From Phoronis australis (lineage: Eukaryota; Animalia; Phoronida): a stretch of 64,000 nucleotides of DNA. The DNA lies in assembly GCA_002633005.1 (NCBI GenBank), contig NMRA01000563.1, forward strand, positions 1 to 64,000, written 5' to 3'. The notes beneath the pieces are model-generated. The model did not search any database and was not told the DNA's origin. It saw only the letters and a list, made by a program, of their open reading frames with translations. Every line of letters starts with the position of its first letter. Within the stretch, counting starts at the first letter, position 1. Below are positions 22,701 to 37,700 of this stretch, one piece after another. The translations under genes and the position numbers were made by a program.

Positions 22701-25700
22701 CTCACTATTAATTAACCAACAGAAATTTATTTAAAATTTTGTCAAAGATAAATTATCCGAAGGCTGATTGTACATATCGCACAGTTTGTCTCAAAAATTT
22801 TCCTCACTGTCTGGCAACAATTCTCTATGCAGATTTTTAGGACAGCAAGCTCTTTATCTTGGTATAGTGTTTCTGTAAGGAGTAGGTCATTTTGATTTCA
22901 TTGCGCCCTCAGTGTCGGTGTTTTGTCCATCAGTCTTAGGGATTGGGCCTGAGGGTTGTTCTAACTTACATCTTCCTCATAATGGTTAGGTGCAATGCTG
23001 CCATGCGTTCAAAGTCTAGACCAATGCACTTCGTGGGCAACCGGGAAAAACGGATACTGAAAATCAAATGATCAAAAGCCCTATTGCTACAATGGTGCCG
23101 GTGCATTCTGCAACAATTCAAAGCGCTCCACTTAAGAATTCAAAACTTACAAGATACATAGCAACGAGGAGAAAAGAAAGCTGTTATTAGACATTTCAAG
23201 CCCAAGTTGTAATGGCATTTGGTTGTGGATTTTTTCTTCTTCTTTGCACAAGGCTCTAAATTTGGATTTTAGCTCATGATATTGGCTAAAAAATCAGGGG
23301 CAGGGGTGTTTTTGTCCTCTTAGGAAGAACCGTACCCAATCTAACGCAGACAACTTTCTCCAAGATGTGTGTGAGATGCCCTGGTAGAAGACAAGTTATT
23401 GTGGCAAGCTTGTCTATGGAGGACACAAATGAGTTTGATACCAGGGTTATGTTGTTTGAGTCACAATAACGTGGCGTACAAAATCTAAGGAACCCTACAG
23501 CAGGTTCAGTTCTTCTTATGAAGAAAATAGGAATATTGTAGCACCTGTAAGTATGGTGATCTCACCTGTAAATATGGTGATCTCACCTGTAAATATGGTG
23601 GTCTATGTATCCTTGCCTCATGTGTCTGAAGAGGATTTTTTCCTCGTGCATGGTACATGTAATTTAGAAAAGAGGATTTAAAAAATTTCTTTATTTTCGA
23701 CCTCAACAGCAATTTTATGATTAGAACTTCTGAAACTTTTTATCTTGGCCTAGCTCAGTAATGACCTGATTGCCAATTGATTGATATATACTTAGTACTG
23801 ATATTTCATAAAATATCAACATGGAATTAGTCCAGTGATGAGGTCACTGTGATAAGAAAGATTTCGCTTGCTAAGAACTGACTGCCCGTTAAGTTGCAAA
23901 AGCGTGTGGAATCATTCTTATCCCGAGTTAGCAGATCAAGAATGCATTGGCTTGTTATTGTTAAATCTTACCTACCTTGGTTGCTATGACAACAACTTAA
24001 AGATTGATGACTGTACCCCTCATTACCTGATTTCTTCTCAGTCTGTACACTGTCTCTGGAAATTGGGGGTTCTTGATCAGGAGGTATGGACCAGTCACAT
24101 ATTACATCATCACCACCAGATGGGGGTGGTTTGAATGGTTGATGGTTGATGACAGATTGGGAGTTTCGAGGCCTGGCGGGGTCATTGTTTGTTATTAATA
24201 CATTTAAACGTTCAAGGTAAAAAATTTTACAAAAAAATAGCAAACATGCTAAACAGTGTAGTAAGTCTTATTTATTGTAGATTACAATTACAATTACACA
24301 GATTGTTAAGCAATTTTTTTCCCAAGAAGTTATCACTGTCTACTTTGACATGTGGTTCAAGACAGATGATCAAGTACCGCTCAAATGCAGGTAGTGGATT
24401 TAATGCCTATGACTAGGAGGGGGGGGCTGTGATGAGGTAATTTGTGACTGGATGGGATGGGGATTAGGTGGTGATGACAAAGGGGCAAGAGGCTAAAAAT
24501 GGCATAGTTTGGATGACATAGTACAATCTCTTATTGGATTCTTATAATCATTGCGTTTTTTGTTTCGTATAGGATTTCATTTACCAAATTTCCTTCAAAT
24601 TATTCTTAATCGTACCATAATTTGGGGGGTTTTACGTGGAAAGATCTATCTCTTACCTGGGTCTGTTAGTAGTTGATGTTAGCCTTCTAAAACTTATTGG
24701 ATCAGTCTTGATTGATCTGTTTATGTTTGTAACAGAATTGCTGTCAGTTTCCTGGTGTCAGTTGTCAGTTTTTGATCACTTCCTGCATGCAGAAACTTCA
24801 TCACAGACTCTTGACTATATTGCTTTAGTTATCGTGTTAAGGGCATGGGGGAGATATCATGGTCTTCTAAACCACAATCTATGCTAGACCCATAAGCACC
24901 AGGCATGTGGTATTGTATCCCCAATGTAGAGTTTGCAGGGTGTGTCCTAGGGTCAGGGCCTAGGGACAGGGCCTAGGGGCCCAATCTCTGTACTTGAGGC
25001 CTGACTTCCATTGCCAGTTGCTTGGCATGCTTCAAATAAATTAACGTGTCATGATTCACTAAAGGTGGTTTGTCATTAAAAGGGAAACTTCACTTTTACT
25101 GAAGTTTCAGTAAGAGGGAAAGGTTAACTCCGATAGTTAATCTTCAACCGAAACTTTGCTGAAAATAGTAGGATTTAAAAGCGAACCTTTGGTACTCTCT
25201 GAATGAAACTTTTGTGTAATGGGAACAAGCATGGGGAAGCTTCGTCAAAGTTATCGGTAGAGGCCGCAGCAATATTAGACCATCACACAAGACTGGAAAA
25301 ATGTGTTCTTTGTTATTGTAGTGTACCTGATGTATTCTCAATAGATGCACATAAAATAAATAAAAGCAAGTATATGTCTGATAAAAAATGACACTGTTCA
25401 TTTTCATAAACACTCGTAAATGGCAGGGGAACAATTTTCTGTTAGCTTTCAACCTACTGCTCGATATTCGTTTGAGAGTACAAATGAACTGCGCTGTCTG
25501 GTGTCTACTCCAATGACTGAATTGCCGTTTATTTGATATCGCTGGAAAGATAAGTGAAGTTTCGGTAAACCGAAGTTCGCCTAATGGGAAAACACCATAA
25601 GTTCCAAGTCTTGAGTCTGAGTGAGTTTGAAGATTAAAACCTAGGTAAGAACTTTATAATTGATAATCAGACAATGTCCAACAACCAATCACCGATTTTA

Positions 25701-28700
25701 ATCAATATTCAGCGTATCGTAAAGTTCTGACATCACTCAATTCAAGATGAGTATGATAAAAAGATATGTTTTTAACAACTGTAGAGTATTGGAACGTCGG
25801 TTGTGCATGAGTTTTAAGAATCAATTCTGGTGAAATAGTTTTAGTTGTGACGTTGAAAATGAAACTGCATTGAAATTGAGAACATGTTGCTATGATGTTG
25901 CGAAATTGATGTTATGTGCGCAATATGTTGAAAATGTATCCAGTGAAAAATTCCAGCAGGTTATCAGGTAATAGTCACTTACGGTGGTCCCATACTTAGA
26001 GAACCAGTTTTCTACACTGAATTACGGGCATCAAACTGATTCTAAAAATCCAGGTTTCTTGTGATTATTGCTAAAAACTGTCTTTGGTTAATGTCGGGGT
26101 TTCTCTAGAGAGTTCCATAACTGATTAATCATTGATGTTTGATCATAAACAATTATTTTTTGACCGATATCGATCACTGGCCTTCCTCTAACTAGTCATA
26201 ATGCTGGTTTGGTAGCTTTTTCTAAGTGAATCTATCCACCTATTGAGCAGCTTTTGGAAAATTGTGATTAGGCTCAAAGGAAGTATCAAAGGACAATGCA
26301 GTAGGTGATAAATGTGTACTGGTAATTTTCAATGAGGAAAACGGTAACCATGCATGATTATATGAATAACTGATGTCATAACTTGATTTTCATCTGCTAC
26401 TTATCCACTGTATGCTGTTGCATACATATTTGTTATACTTATCATGGGTTTGTGGGAGAGACCAGAGTAGTACACAGGGGTACTCAGATAGTTTTGATGG
26501 AAGATTGGTTTTGTCTGCAGAATGTTTTGTACTGGTCTTATTTTTTCATAAAACACATCGGATGATCTGAGAGTGGCCCTCAAACTGGCACGTCACCGAC
26601 TTCATCCTGTCTTCGTTCCTCAAGTTGTTCAGTCTTCTAATATGCCATGAATTTCTTATGCTTTAACACTATTGATTTAAGCCAGTCCCAGTAAGGTAAT
26701 TGGATTGCACTAAAAATTCTCTTGGTTGGCTTTCATATTGATCTTCCTTGTCATATACCAAGTTCTCAGCTATTGTAATACAATTTATCTTAATTTGGTA
26801 TTGCCTTGTGATTTCATGGCATGAATCACCCACCCAACTCTTTCACCCACACAGAAGCTGTGCATTATTAGCTTTGATTCATTCATTGTTGATGTTATAG
26901 TTCATGGTATGTCTGCTACTGGGAAGTGCATTGTTAACCCTCCATTGTAAATATCTTGACCCACTGCTGCATACATGTATCTGGCTGTGTAAGCATGGTA
27001 GAATGACAGAAAAATGAAAGCACTCGGAGGAGCGACACTTGGCGAAATTGGCGGAAAAGATGACAATGGCGATGATGATGATGATGGCCGCGATGATGAT
27101 CATGATGATAACAATCATATGCCGAATGATGATTTCAGAAATGAGTAAGAAATATAGTCTTGTTCAATGGAAGGTAAACCAACAAAAGTGCAGCAAAATT
27201 CAATCAACAAAGGAACAGCGTCATCAAAAAATCATGGATAATTCAAAGAAGAGACCTTGTACTAAAAATGGAAACATTTTTTGAAAGCTCGTTTGAAGCT
27301 ATCTAACAGATTAATTTCACTAAATTCCACTTTTTTGAGAATTTTAAAAGTTTGCATTTGCAAGTCTGAGAAAAAAATTGTTAAGGTCATTTGAAAAAGT
27401 ATACCTAAAGAATCCACATGCAAGAGTTCAAGTCGTTTCCTGTTTCCATTCAAGATGGCACCCTAGCACAATTGAAAATTGTTGAAAATGTGTCAGATTT
27501 GCCGTTTTGAAAACACTTTCCCATTAAGCAGTGCTCATATTACTACCTACAGGAAACTAACACATGAAAACTTTCTAAGCAATTGGTCCTGCAATGCGTC
27601 CTCTACAGGACAAAACGTTTTCGTCCCGAAATCGAGATGCCCATACGCAATGGCTGATATTTCCGCCATCTTTAACCAGCGGTTATGATTTTTGTCACAT
27701 TTGTAGTATATGTCTGCTACAATAACCGTACTGAGTTTCAGTCGTGTTCGACAAAAATTGCGACCTCTTAGAGCATTTGAATCTTAATTCGAAAACAAAA
27801 TGGCCACTACGTTCGCCATCTTGAATCCGATCATGACGAAAAACAATAGGGTTCCAGCTCATCTAGAGGTTGTGTGAGAATTTCATGGAAATTGGACAAA
27901 AAATGCGACCTGTAGAATGTGAAAAAACAAAGAAAACAAACTTTATGGCAAGTAACTAACATTGTCATATGGTTTCCTAATTTGTGAAGATTACGTCTGT
28001 TTGGGACAGAGAAACTTGTAAGATGAAAGGTGAATACTTCAATTTTCAGTCAAGACCAGGGTGATTTTCCATCAGGGAAAGCACTGTCATAGCCTAACAT
28101 ACATTTCCAAGGTTGACCAAATATTTATATTAATTTTGTTTTTAAAATCTATAAACATTGGGTTGGTTTTACCCTGTGTTAATTTTAACTTGTAGGAGGC
28201 GGTGTTAGTCAAAGTTTATTGATTACTTGTACTGCTTAGGATTTTGTGTGATTGATCAAGTTGCAGTTATGGTACTGTATTTGCCTAAATCTGTCCACCC
28301 TCTCAGTCTTGAATAACAAAATTCTGAATGGATAATTTCAACAAATTCTGGGTGCATCAGACATGAAGCGCTCAATGCTTAGCTACACGGCAAGTCGCAT
28401 TGGACTACCTGGCAAGAGTCTCGTTTAGACATCACCTTTTGGCCCGGCGCAACTGATACGGAGCAAATTGATCGGTGTCAAGCATCTATTTACACACGCA
28501 ACTCACTAACTGTGGCAAGACGGAAATTGTAGACTGGAGAGTATATCACACATGCACAGGTTTACAAATCACCGGAGTTGAAGAGACCAAGAACCTGTAT
28601 TGAGGTTATTACACAAGCGCAGTAGAGTTGATCCTTTCTGCCTTGTCCCAGTTTCACGTTTAGACATATGATTGACACGGAGCAAGATGTTCTAGCTCAA

Positions 28701-31700
28701 ATTGCTCTACCTCACAAACAGGTGGCAAAAGTTGTCACCGCGGTGTCAAATTGCTCCAATTCAGTTCCGTTTACACATATACTTGCGCTGGAACAACTCG
28801 TTCCGTGTCAGCTGATCCGTGTCAACTTTTGTAGTGTAAACGGCACTTATAATGCTAAATACTATATATCCATCATAACATGACTATTGATTTGAGCTGT
28901 GTGTGAAATATCTATCACTGGGGATTGCAGGCTATTTGCTCTATGCATGCTTTACATGCAAATGGTGAGTGAATGCCCATCATACAACCTGGTTGCTGCA
29001 AAGTAAAAATTTTTGCATTAAAAATAGGAGGGTCCTACATTCTGTAGGGTCTCCCGGTCTACACAACCTGCCTGCAACCAGTGAGAAGGTCAACCTGGCC
29101 AGAACTGAAGGCAGTGTCTCTGCCCAGTTGTTACGTTGCAATGTGGTGGGAGAAACATACCGTGTGATGAATAATGGATGCTGATGAATAACTGATGCTG
29201 TAACTGGCTGCATGGACACAATTTTATCAGTGCCAAGCTTGCCTTTTGCCAATTCAGATTTTCAATGCCAAATGCAAGTTGGGCTCTTGTCTGTTCCTGA
29301 CTTCATTAATCCTAAATGATGACAATTTAATGACATGAGATGACTGAATGACAGTTTTGGCAAATCTCGAACAAAAGCCGCATTTTTCATGTTTTTCCAG
29401 TGTTTTCAAGAGATTTTTGTTGATCGCTTACCTATTGAATTGTGAGAGATGAATTGTCAATGTTAAATTAACTCAAAGTCAAATTCGGAACAACTCAGGA
29501 TCGGAATTTAAAATGTCAGATGTGTGAGTGCTATGCAGTGTATGTGGGGGGCCCACGTGGGTATGTATTTCAATCAAAACCCTTTGTTCATACATGTTTT
29601 TTAACTCAAAATCTTGAATACTCCACCTGCCTCAACAAATTTTAAAATACGTTGTACTTGCATCTTACCCTAAAAGTTTCATAACAGTCCACCGACAAAG
29701 TAACAATTTTATAACGTTTTTTGTCATTGCACCCCAAGTTTTACGTATCTTGAAAATTTAATCGCCACTGGGAAATGCGTACTTTCCAAACAAAACTTGG
29801 CAGTGAGAGAGTTAATGTTCCTGCTAAAATATATTTTAATTGACTATCAGTGTCAGTCGATAATCAATCTGTTCATTTCCATGACTACTGCTGTATTTGA
29901 CGGGGATAATGTCCACATTTGGTTTTTTTGCTCATCTGCAATTAGCATGATAGTTATGTAGGACCTTATTGATCTAGTTGTTTATTTACCTAAATATCTA
30001 AAAATCACACATTTTTACCCTATTAAGATATCATTTTCTGAAATCATGATGCCTATAGAATTTGATTTTTGACTACCAGTAATTGAGATTGTTACCAGAT
30101 CGCAAAATCTGAGATCATGTGATCATGTTTTCAGTAAAATTTAGCAAAAAGAAAGGTACATTGATAGCAAAACAGTGCTATCAATAACGTGACCAAATTT
30201 CATTTGCCCCTCATGCAAAAATGGTACTTTTTCTAAACAATTCCTTACGGCATTTTAGAAAAAGTGCATTTAAAGGGTAGTAATGTGAAGCTTCATATGA
30301 ATTGGATCAACTATTTGTGAGACATGATTTTCCGAGGTTAACCATATTTGAGCATTTTCTAGGGTCATACACAACCTTAACGCCACTGACTTTGAGCATT
30401 TGTGTAGACAAGGAAATTGGTCTTCTTAGCAAGAATTTAAAACAATACACTGTTGATTCCTTTAAGGCCCTTTCACACTAACTTAAGAGCTTCGATGTAA
30501 ACTGCTAAGTTAATTGAATTGCTCATAACAGCTTCGGTAGTTAACGGCATTGAAGTAAACGGTAGGTGACGGTATCGTCATCGAAGTAATCGCAAGGTAG
30601 CGCTGATGGCATCTTGTGTACGCTAAGACTTTTTTACTTGATAATTTGAGAACGTTTACCTGTTCTAATTGACATAAAACTTATTTCTAATTCAATTGGT
30701 GAATATTCAAGCTAAATATAAGCTACTGTTAGCTAAAACACTACCCTTAGTTGTTGACGATAGCAGTGGGCTTTGGCGATAACTTCGATGAAACCAAAGT
30801 TGACCATTCATACTGACCACAACTCCCCAAACCATTGACATGTCCACCTTAGTATGAAAGGGCCTTTAGGGATCATTTTAGAAGAACATACCTAGGAGTC
30901 AATTGACCTAAAAAGTGTCAAACCTGTGGGCCAATTTAAAAGACCCATGGTTCATGTTAATCCCTTTACTTATTCAAATTTTTAGGGCAGTGTCTTTCAC
31001 ATGTGATTTTTTCAGCTATCCCTGTGTATCATCCGATTAGTGATTAATTGACTGAACACTAACTGCAATTCAGCTCTACCAAGTGTGTAAATCCACGATC
31101 TTACTGTATGTTGGACCTTAAAAAGAACGGTGACAGTGGTGGTATTTTGAGGAAAGCAATTGCAACCAGGGGTGGGGACAAAGTTTGAATTAGGAGTCTT
31201 GAACCTTTTGTCATTTTTATCTTACTACTGGCGTGGGCTGCATTCTTTAGATGTAAATGTTCTTGAAAACAAAAGATCATGCAAGTCTTCATGAGATGTC
31301 ACTAAGCATTGAAAATTAGAGACGTGATTACAACAGCTGTCCTTGTGAGGATCTACGGAACACAGCCTTGTTAAACTATAGCCCCTACCGCTGGCATTGA
31401 GTTTGTTGTTTGGTCACAGACATGAAAAAAGTAATTGGCTGGTCTTTGTTAGACAAGGTAACAAGTCTGTAATTCGGTATTTGTTGGTATGCATTGCCAT
31501 TGTTAGAATCTAAATGTAGTGCATATTACACAACTGTGGCAGGACAAAATGAGCTGTGCTTGTGAACACAGTTTTAATGTGCTAGTGCATGGTGTGTCAA
31601 AGAAATTATTTTATGTGCCAGTGACCCGTTGCGTGTTCCTAAACGTAACCCTGCTCTTGCTCTTGAAGTAGTTTGTCACCTCAGGTTAAGTTGGACTTCG

Positions 31701-34700
31701 AAAAATATCCAAATTTGGCCAAACTTCGGTACATCATGTATTAGAAATGGATTATTGGATTCCTATGAAACTGAGATCTACTGTGTTCTCCTAAGCAGTG
31801 TTAGGATTTTTAAAAAGTATTCCACTTTGTTTTGGGGGTTCTATTAATGAAAAAACTCACAAGTTGCATGAAATGAAAACAAAATGATAATTTAAATTAA
31901 AAAACTGTATCAGTTTTTTGAGATTTCATATTAAATGCTTGTATGCTTATTGAAATTTTGTCATGTCAATGATCCCATTATTTTTGGTTATTCTTAGTTT
32001 GCTTAATCTCACTGAAAGACACGATCAATTGACCAAATTAATGACAGATTAGTTTGAAGTCAAAAATTGAATTCCACAGGCTTTCTACTTTCAGAAAAAC
32101 ACATTCTTTTGTTATGATAAAATCTGTAGTTTTCTAGCTGTATTGCTAAGTACAGACATGTTGATAAGGTCCTACATTACTGTAAGGCTCATGCTTAGCC
32201 TTCCCTGATAGTTTCACGGTCTGAATGTAGCATAGGGAAAATGTGGGTTGGTTTTGATAGCTGTTTCTTATATACTCTAGTCAGTGGAAATGATCTTGAA
32301 TTTAAAAGGTTTCCTTTGGTGTTTTTCTTGGTCTGTGTGAAAGTTTGACAGGTCTTAGGGTTGTGTATTGTATATGGAACCTTGTGCTGGACTGTGTAAA
32401 TTTGCGCACATCCAGGGTAGTGTCACTGACCCACAATTACAAACACAATTTCAATTGATTTTCGTAATTTAAAATATGCATCTTGAGTGCCTCATGGTGA
32501 GTAGGCTTGCTAAAGAATCCGGTTGTGTTATAGGTTTAGTGGAAAGAAGGACTGAAGAATGAAGATTCTGGTGGTAAAATGTTACCAAACTATTGAACGC
32601 TGGTTTTTCTTCAATTTTGTGAACAACACGTGTCCAATAAGCATTAATAACTTATTTTTTTACAGATTGGTCATTCTGTTACCATCCATATTTTCTTACT
32701 TGTTTCTAAGCAACTTTTCTTGAAGACTTTAGTTGTATTCTAATTATTCCTCAAGCTGTTATCACAAAATGCCCTCTGTTCAGATTGAATATTTTACTTG
32801 ATAGGATGATAACAGACAGTAATTAAGTTGCATACTTGTAATGGATTGTAGTACATACATCAAAACCAAGACCAGCAAGCACTTTTCAACAAAACAAACA
32901 ATTAGGTTTGTAAACAAATTTCATACAACAAGTTTAATGTGTGGCTGCAAAGATTCCAGAAAATGCTGTAATTGGTAGGAATCTTCTTGACCTTCAAAAC
33001 ATAAGTCAGATGTGTTCAATCAGAAGGCAGACAGAAGTTTCAAATGAAAGGCACAATGTTAACTTGGACAAATTGCAAATAGAATCACTGTAGTGGAGGG
33101 CCTTCCAAGTCATTGTATTTTCTATTGTATATCAATAGGGAAATTATTATTCATTTTGATTTAGCTGTTTTTAGTTTTCTTGCGACAAATATTCTCATTA
33201 GACTCCAAATATCTCTGCCTGGAAGGTTGTGGTTACATAACCAACATACAGAAGGTTCAGGCTCCAACAGGAAGACCAAGTATAGTTCTAAATTTAGACC
33301 ATCTCTACAAATAACATCCATCAGATAGTATTCTACTGGTATGCGAAGGGCAGATAAAAATGAAATGTGCCACTCTTGAGAAGGCATCAATAAATGTACA
33401 TACTATGCTTCTCATGCCCACATTTATTGAACACTAATACAGTTAATAGCATTCTGTCCAAGACGTGCTTGCATGTCAAAAGTTGGTAAATGATATCAAA
33501 CTAAATATCCATAGAGCATGAGTTACACATTGTTTTATTGACCAATTATCTTATTCTACACACGTCAAATTGGAACTGAAATTACCAAGAAGTGCCCAGT
33601 ATCTTTGCACTCAGTGACCTGGGTTTATCCTCTGTGACTACCGGCTACCAGACAGTTGGTCAGGTCTACCAGAGCAAATGCACCCAGAATCAATGTTTCA
33701 ATCTGATAAGTGAACCTAAACAGCCACCTCAAATTATATGAACTTGACAAGCTGTAGCATGCTGGTATGCATTACTACATTGGGCTAATACTACCTTAGG
33801 ACTCCAATGTACCAGTGTATTTAGACTATAGCTACCCATGAAGTAGTCAAACATCACTAATGTGAATGTTTACAGAGGCTGTCACATGACATTTCATCAA
33901 ATGGAGTTTTATTACCATGTATCATGATGTATGATAGGTGCCAAGACTAGACTGAAAGTTGAAGTCACTCAGTACCTAACCTTTGTCGAAGACAAACCTA
34001 ATTTCCTCTTATTTATTGAAATACAAAACTTCAAAAGGGAGAGTTCCTGTGTTTAACAGGATTTGGTAACTTCCTGGCTTTCACATTTTCTTTTTCATAG
34101 GATCTGTTCCAATATGATTTTTGATTCCATTCACACCCTATACCGAGATTACCTCAGTCTTATAGGACATTTCGAGACAACATCTATTAGGTCATTATTG
34201 AGATGTTATTTTCGCACTACTGTGATTATATGGAGATAGTTATTAATTCAATGATTCATTTCTTACAGATCATATTCACTGTCCCTCATTGTGAAGCGGG
34301 GACAAAATATTCACAACTATGTCGGTACTTCATAATCTGATGTTGAGGGGATATCTCATAAAGAAGCTGGGTTTTATTCATATTCTATGTAGGTTAGGTA
34401 ATTACTGCACGTGCCAGTGGATTTTGGAGACCTTGACATCATTTTTGAGGTCATGGCAAGAAATTGAAGTTTAATTTGAGAAAATAGTGTGATGGTATCT
34501 CAAGAAGTGAGCTTTTGATTGTGTTCATATTTTGTAGCGAGGTGTAGATGAGGCAACTCCAAGTGCAAGTCAATTTTGTGGCCTTGACATCATTTTCAAA
34601 GGCTCATTTATAAAATCGAGCTTTTGCATGGGGAAAATGTTGCAGGGCAATATAGACGTCGATTTTAGTGATTCTTGTATCGTGTTCCAACTCCAAGGTC

Positions 34701-37700
34701 CCAGCAAGACAGTCTTGTTTTGACTTGGGAGAAAATGTTTGTGCGATGTCTCATAATGAAGAGCATTAATTTAGATTTCGTTCATATTTTGTACATGTGT
34801 ATCGGTGAAGTATTTCCAGGTGTCAGTCTCTTTTGGCAAACTATTTTATTTTCAAGGCCTTGGCTAGAAATTTAGGGGTTCTGCTTCGAAAATGTTTTTG
34901 ACATGGTATCTTGGGAAGAACACTTTATGTTTTATTCATATTTTTTATTAAGGTGTAGGTGAGCATCTCCAGGCGCCAGTTTGGCGGCCTTGACCTCATT
35001 TTGAGGATCACCTAGAGAAATGTTGAACCTTTATCACGTCATGCACTTTATGAAGGTTAATTTTTAAAGCAAAAATTTCTCATATTAATGTGTGTATTGT
35101 AACTGAGTGATTATTTTCAGATATGCTGGAAATAACATGCTTCAAAAAATACTGTTCTTTTCAAAAAATCATTACAAGATAAAATTATTATGTGTATCTG
35201 TAGCCAGGAGGGGCCAATATGGTCACGCTGTGACAAATGCTTGTTTATTTATCAACCCCATGATAGGACTAATTTTGTATTAATACTACAATGAGTAACA
35301 CTTTTGGTTTACAGTGTTTTTTGTTCACATTGGGCTATTGTCAACTGCACTTTTCGTCTGACCTGAGTTTAAACCCTCTGACTTCAGTGAATGCAAGACT
35401 TTTTAAGAATCTCTTTGTACCCATTATAAATATTTGTGGGGATCATTTTGAAGTCTGACACCGTAACACCTGAACATTTTTTTCTTTTGAAGGTCATCTT
35501 CAAGTAGAATATGTGCTTGCATTTTTCTCCACAGTAGACCATATATGCTGCATGTGAGATTTTAAGATTCAGTTGTTGGTGATCCCTGTCCTGAATGGTA
35601 AATGTTTGTAAACAGGAGGATGTTAGATATTGTTAGCACCATGGTTGGGCATTGATTCAGAACCAGGAATAGTGGTAGTCTGGTAGAAGACATGAGGCTG
35701 CGATTACATCAATTTATAAAAGTATAGTAAATTCTCATCAATTTAGGACACTCTCTGCCAAAAATGTGAAATTTTGTTTTCTCATTTTTTCAGGAATTAC
35801 ATGTACTAAAATGGCGCTTAGCTGTAGTTCAGTATTGTAGCTATCAACTGACAATATTTTAAGAGGTTGAGTGCATTCGCAACAATGGTAGAAGCCCGTG
35901 AAAAAATTAAGTGCTATTCTTGCATTTTTTTGTCTGAACTAGTAGGTGAGCAGGGACTTTGCAACCCTCTCTATACTTGATATTAATTTCATAACTCATG
36001 TTATATAACAAAACCGTTTCTGCTAATTATCATGTATACATGTACATCACAAGTAATATCTTGTCAGAGTTAATGTGTGTTTACTTGCATGCTTTTTTCC
36101 TGCATTCTTTGCTTCTACATTCTCTCTCATTCCTTTAGTCAGTTAATGGTAACTGTACCATCCAGAATTTCGTTATTTGTTGGGAGAATTGCAGTAAACA
36201 AATATCTTGCATAATTTTGGGTCAAAAGTCAATGTCGTTATTTGATAATAAATAAAATTGTTATGTCATATTTACTTTTATATTCAAAATTCGACTAACA
36301 CCTGTCATCATTAGAATTAGTTCAGTAGTTCATCACAGGCACTTGTTAGCAATCAATGTGTTCCCGTGAAACTCTAGAAACACGAATGGACGTCGTAAAT
36401 CATCCCAACGGCACTGTCTGTCAGCCCAGGAAACCTTTACTCAAGATGGTGCACATCCTCTTAATCGCCTGTCATTGTACGAGTCCTGCGTCCGTTTTTT
36501 TAAGTTTTTGATTGACTTAAAACCAAAAAATCTCAAAGGCCTGTTTGACCTATTTTAACATCATTCATGACATGAGCCTGGATAGAAAATTGGTGGTAAT
36601 TTTGACGTCATTAAACCAAAGTTAAAGCTTATAACTTTCTGAAAGAAATGTTAAAATTCACAAGATTTAACAGCTGAGCGTCAATGCTTCTACACTGATG
36701 AATGGTTAACTTCGGTCTCGCTGTAGTTATCACCATTACTTCTGTAACGACAATGCCACCTACCATTTACCTCGATGTTTGTTTACTCCTGAAGCTAATA
36801 TAAAAAATTCAATTCACTTTGTAATTTACATCAATGCTCCTCTAGTACAGAAGTTGAGTTAATTTGACATGACATTAAGACATGATCACTCCCATTCCGA
36901 ATTCCTGGACTTATCAACATTTTGTCTTTCAATACTCGTCCAATCATAAGTGCCGTCCACACACAGACTTACCCTAGAATGAAGTTACTCCTGTAACGAG
37001 TTGTTGCTATGTTTGAGGGCTGTGTGGACACTATTCAAACTTACCCCACTTGTGACAACTTGCGTACTCCACCTTATCGAGGTGGGGTAAGTTGCTCTAG
37101 GGTAACTTGCGCCACTTCTAATTCCTGTGTGGCCACTAACCCGGGGCATGGCGGAAGTAAATATCAGCTGCAATTACATACAGACGGGTTTTCTTTTGCG
37201 AGCCTTACTCGCATTAGGTGTTCATTGTCATGCATGCACAGAGCGACAACTTCCACCTTACCCTAGTTATCAGATGTGTTTGGGTGTGTGTGCGTGCGTG
37301 CGTGCGTGCGTGTATGCTCCACTTAAAAGCGGGAAAGTTGCACTACAACAAGTTTATTTAGGGTAGCCCGTGTGTGGACTGGACTTTCAACTGTATCAAG
37401 GTACCTAAACTACACGGTCAACGGACTTATAAACACGGTCACGGACGCATGAACACGACTCACGGACCTGCAAACACCGTCCACTGACTCACAAACACGG
37501 GAATGGACTCACAAAACACGATCCACGCACCCAAATACACGGGACACGGACTCATATTCACGAGGAAACACGGTTAGCGGACCGCCAAACACGGGTCAGG
37601 GACTCATTGGCTTTCTGGGTCAGCTGACATCTCCATTTTGTCCGTACACCGTGTTTGGCGGTCCGTTAACCGTGTTTCCTCATGAATATGAGTCCTTGTC

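Noticed and set aside
26879-27284. Met-rich and Ile-rich ORFs
   Set aside because: Explained by a (GAT)n microsatellite
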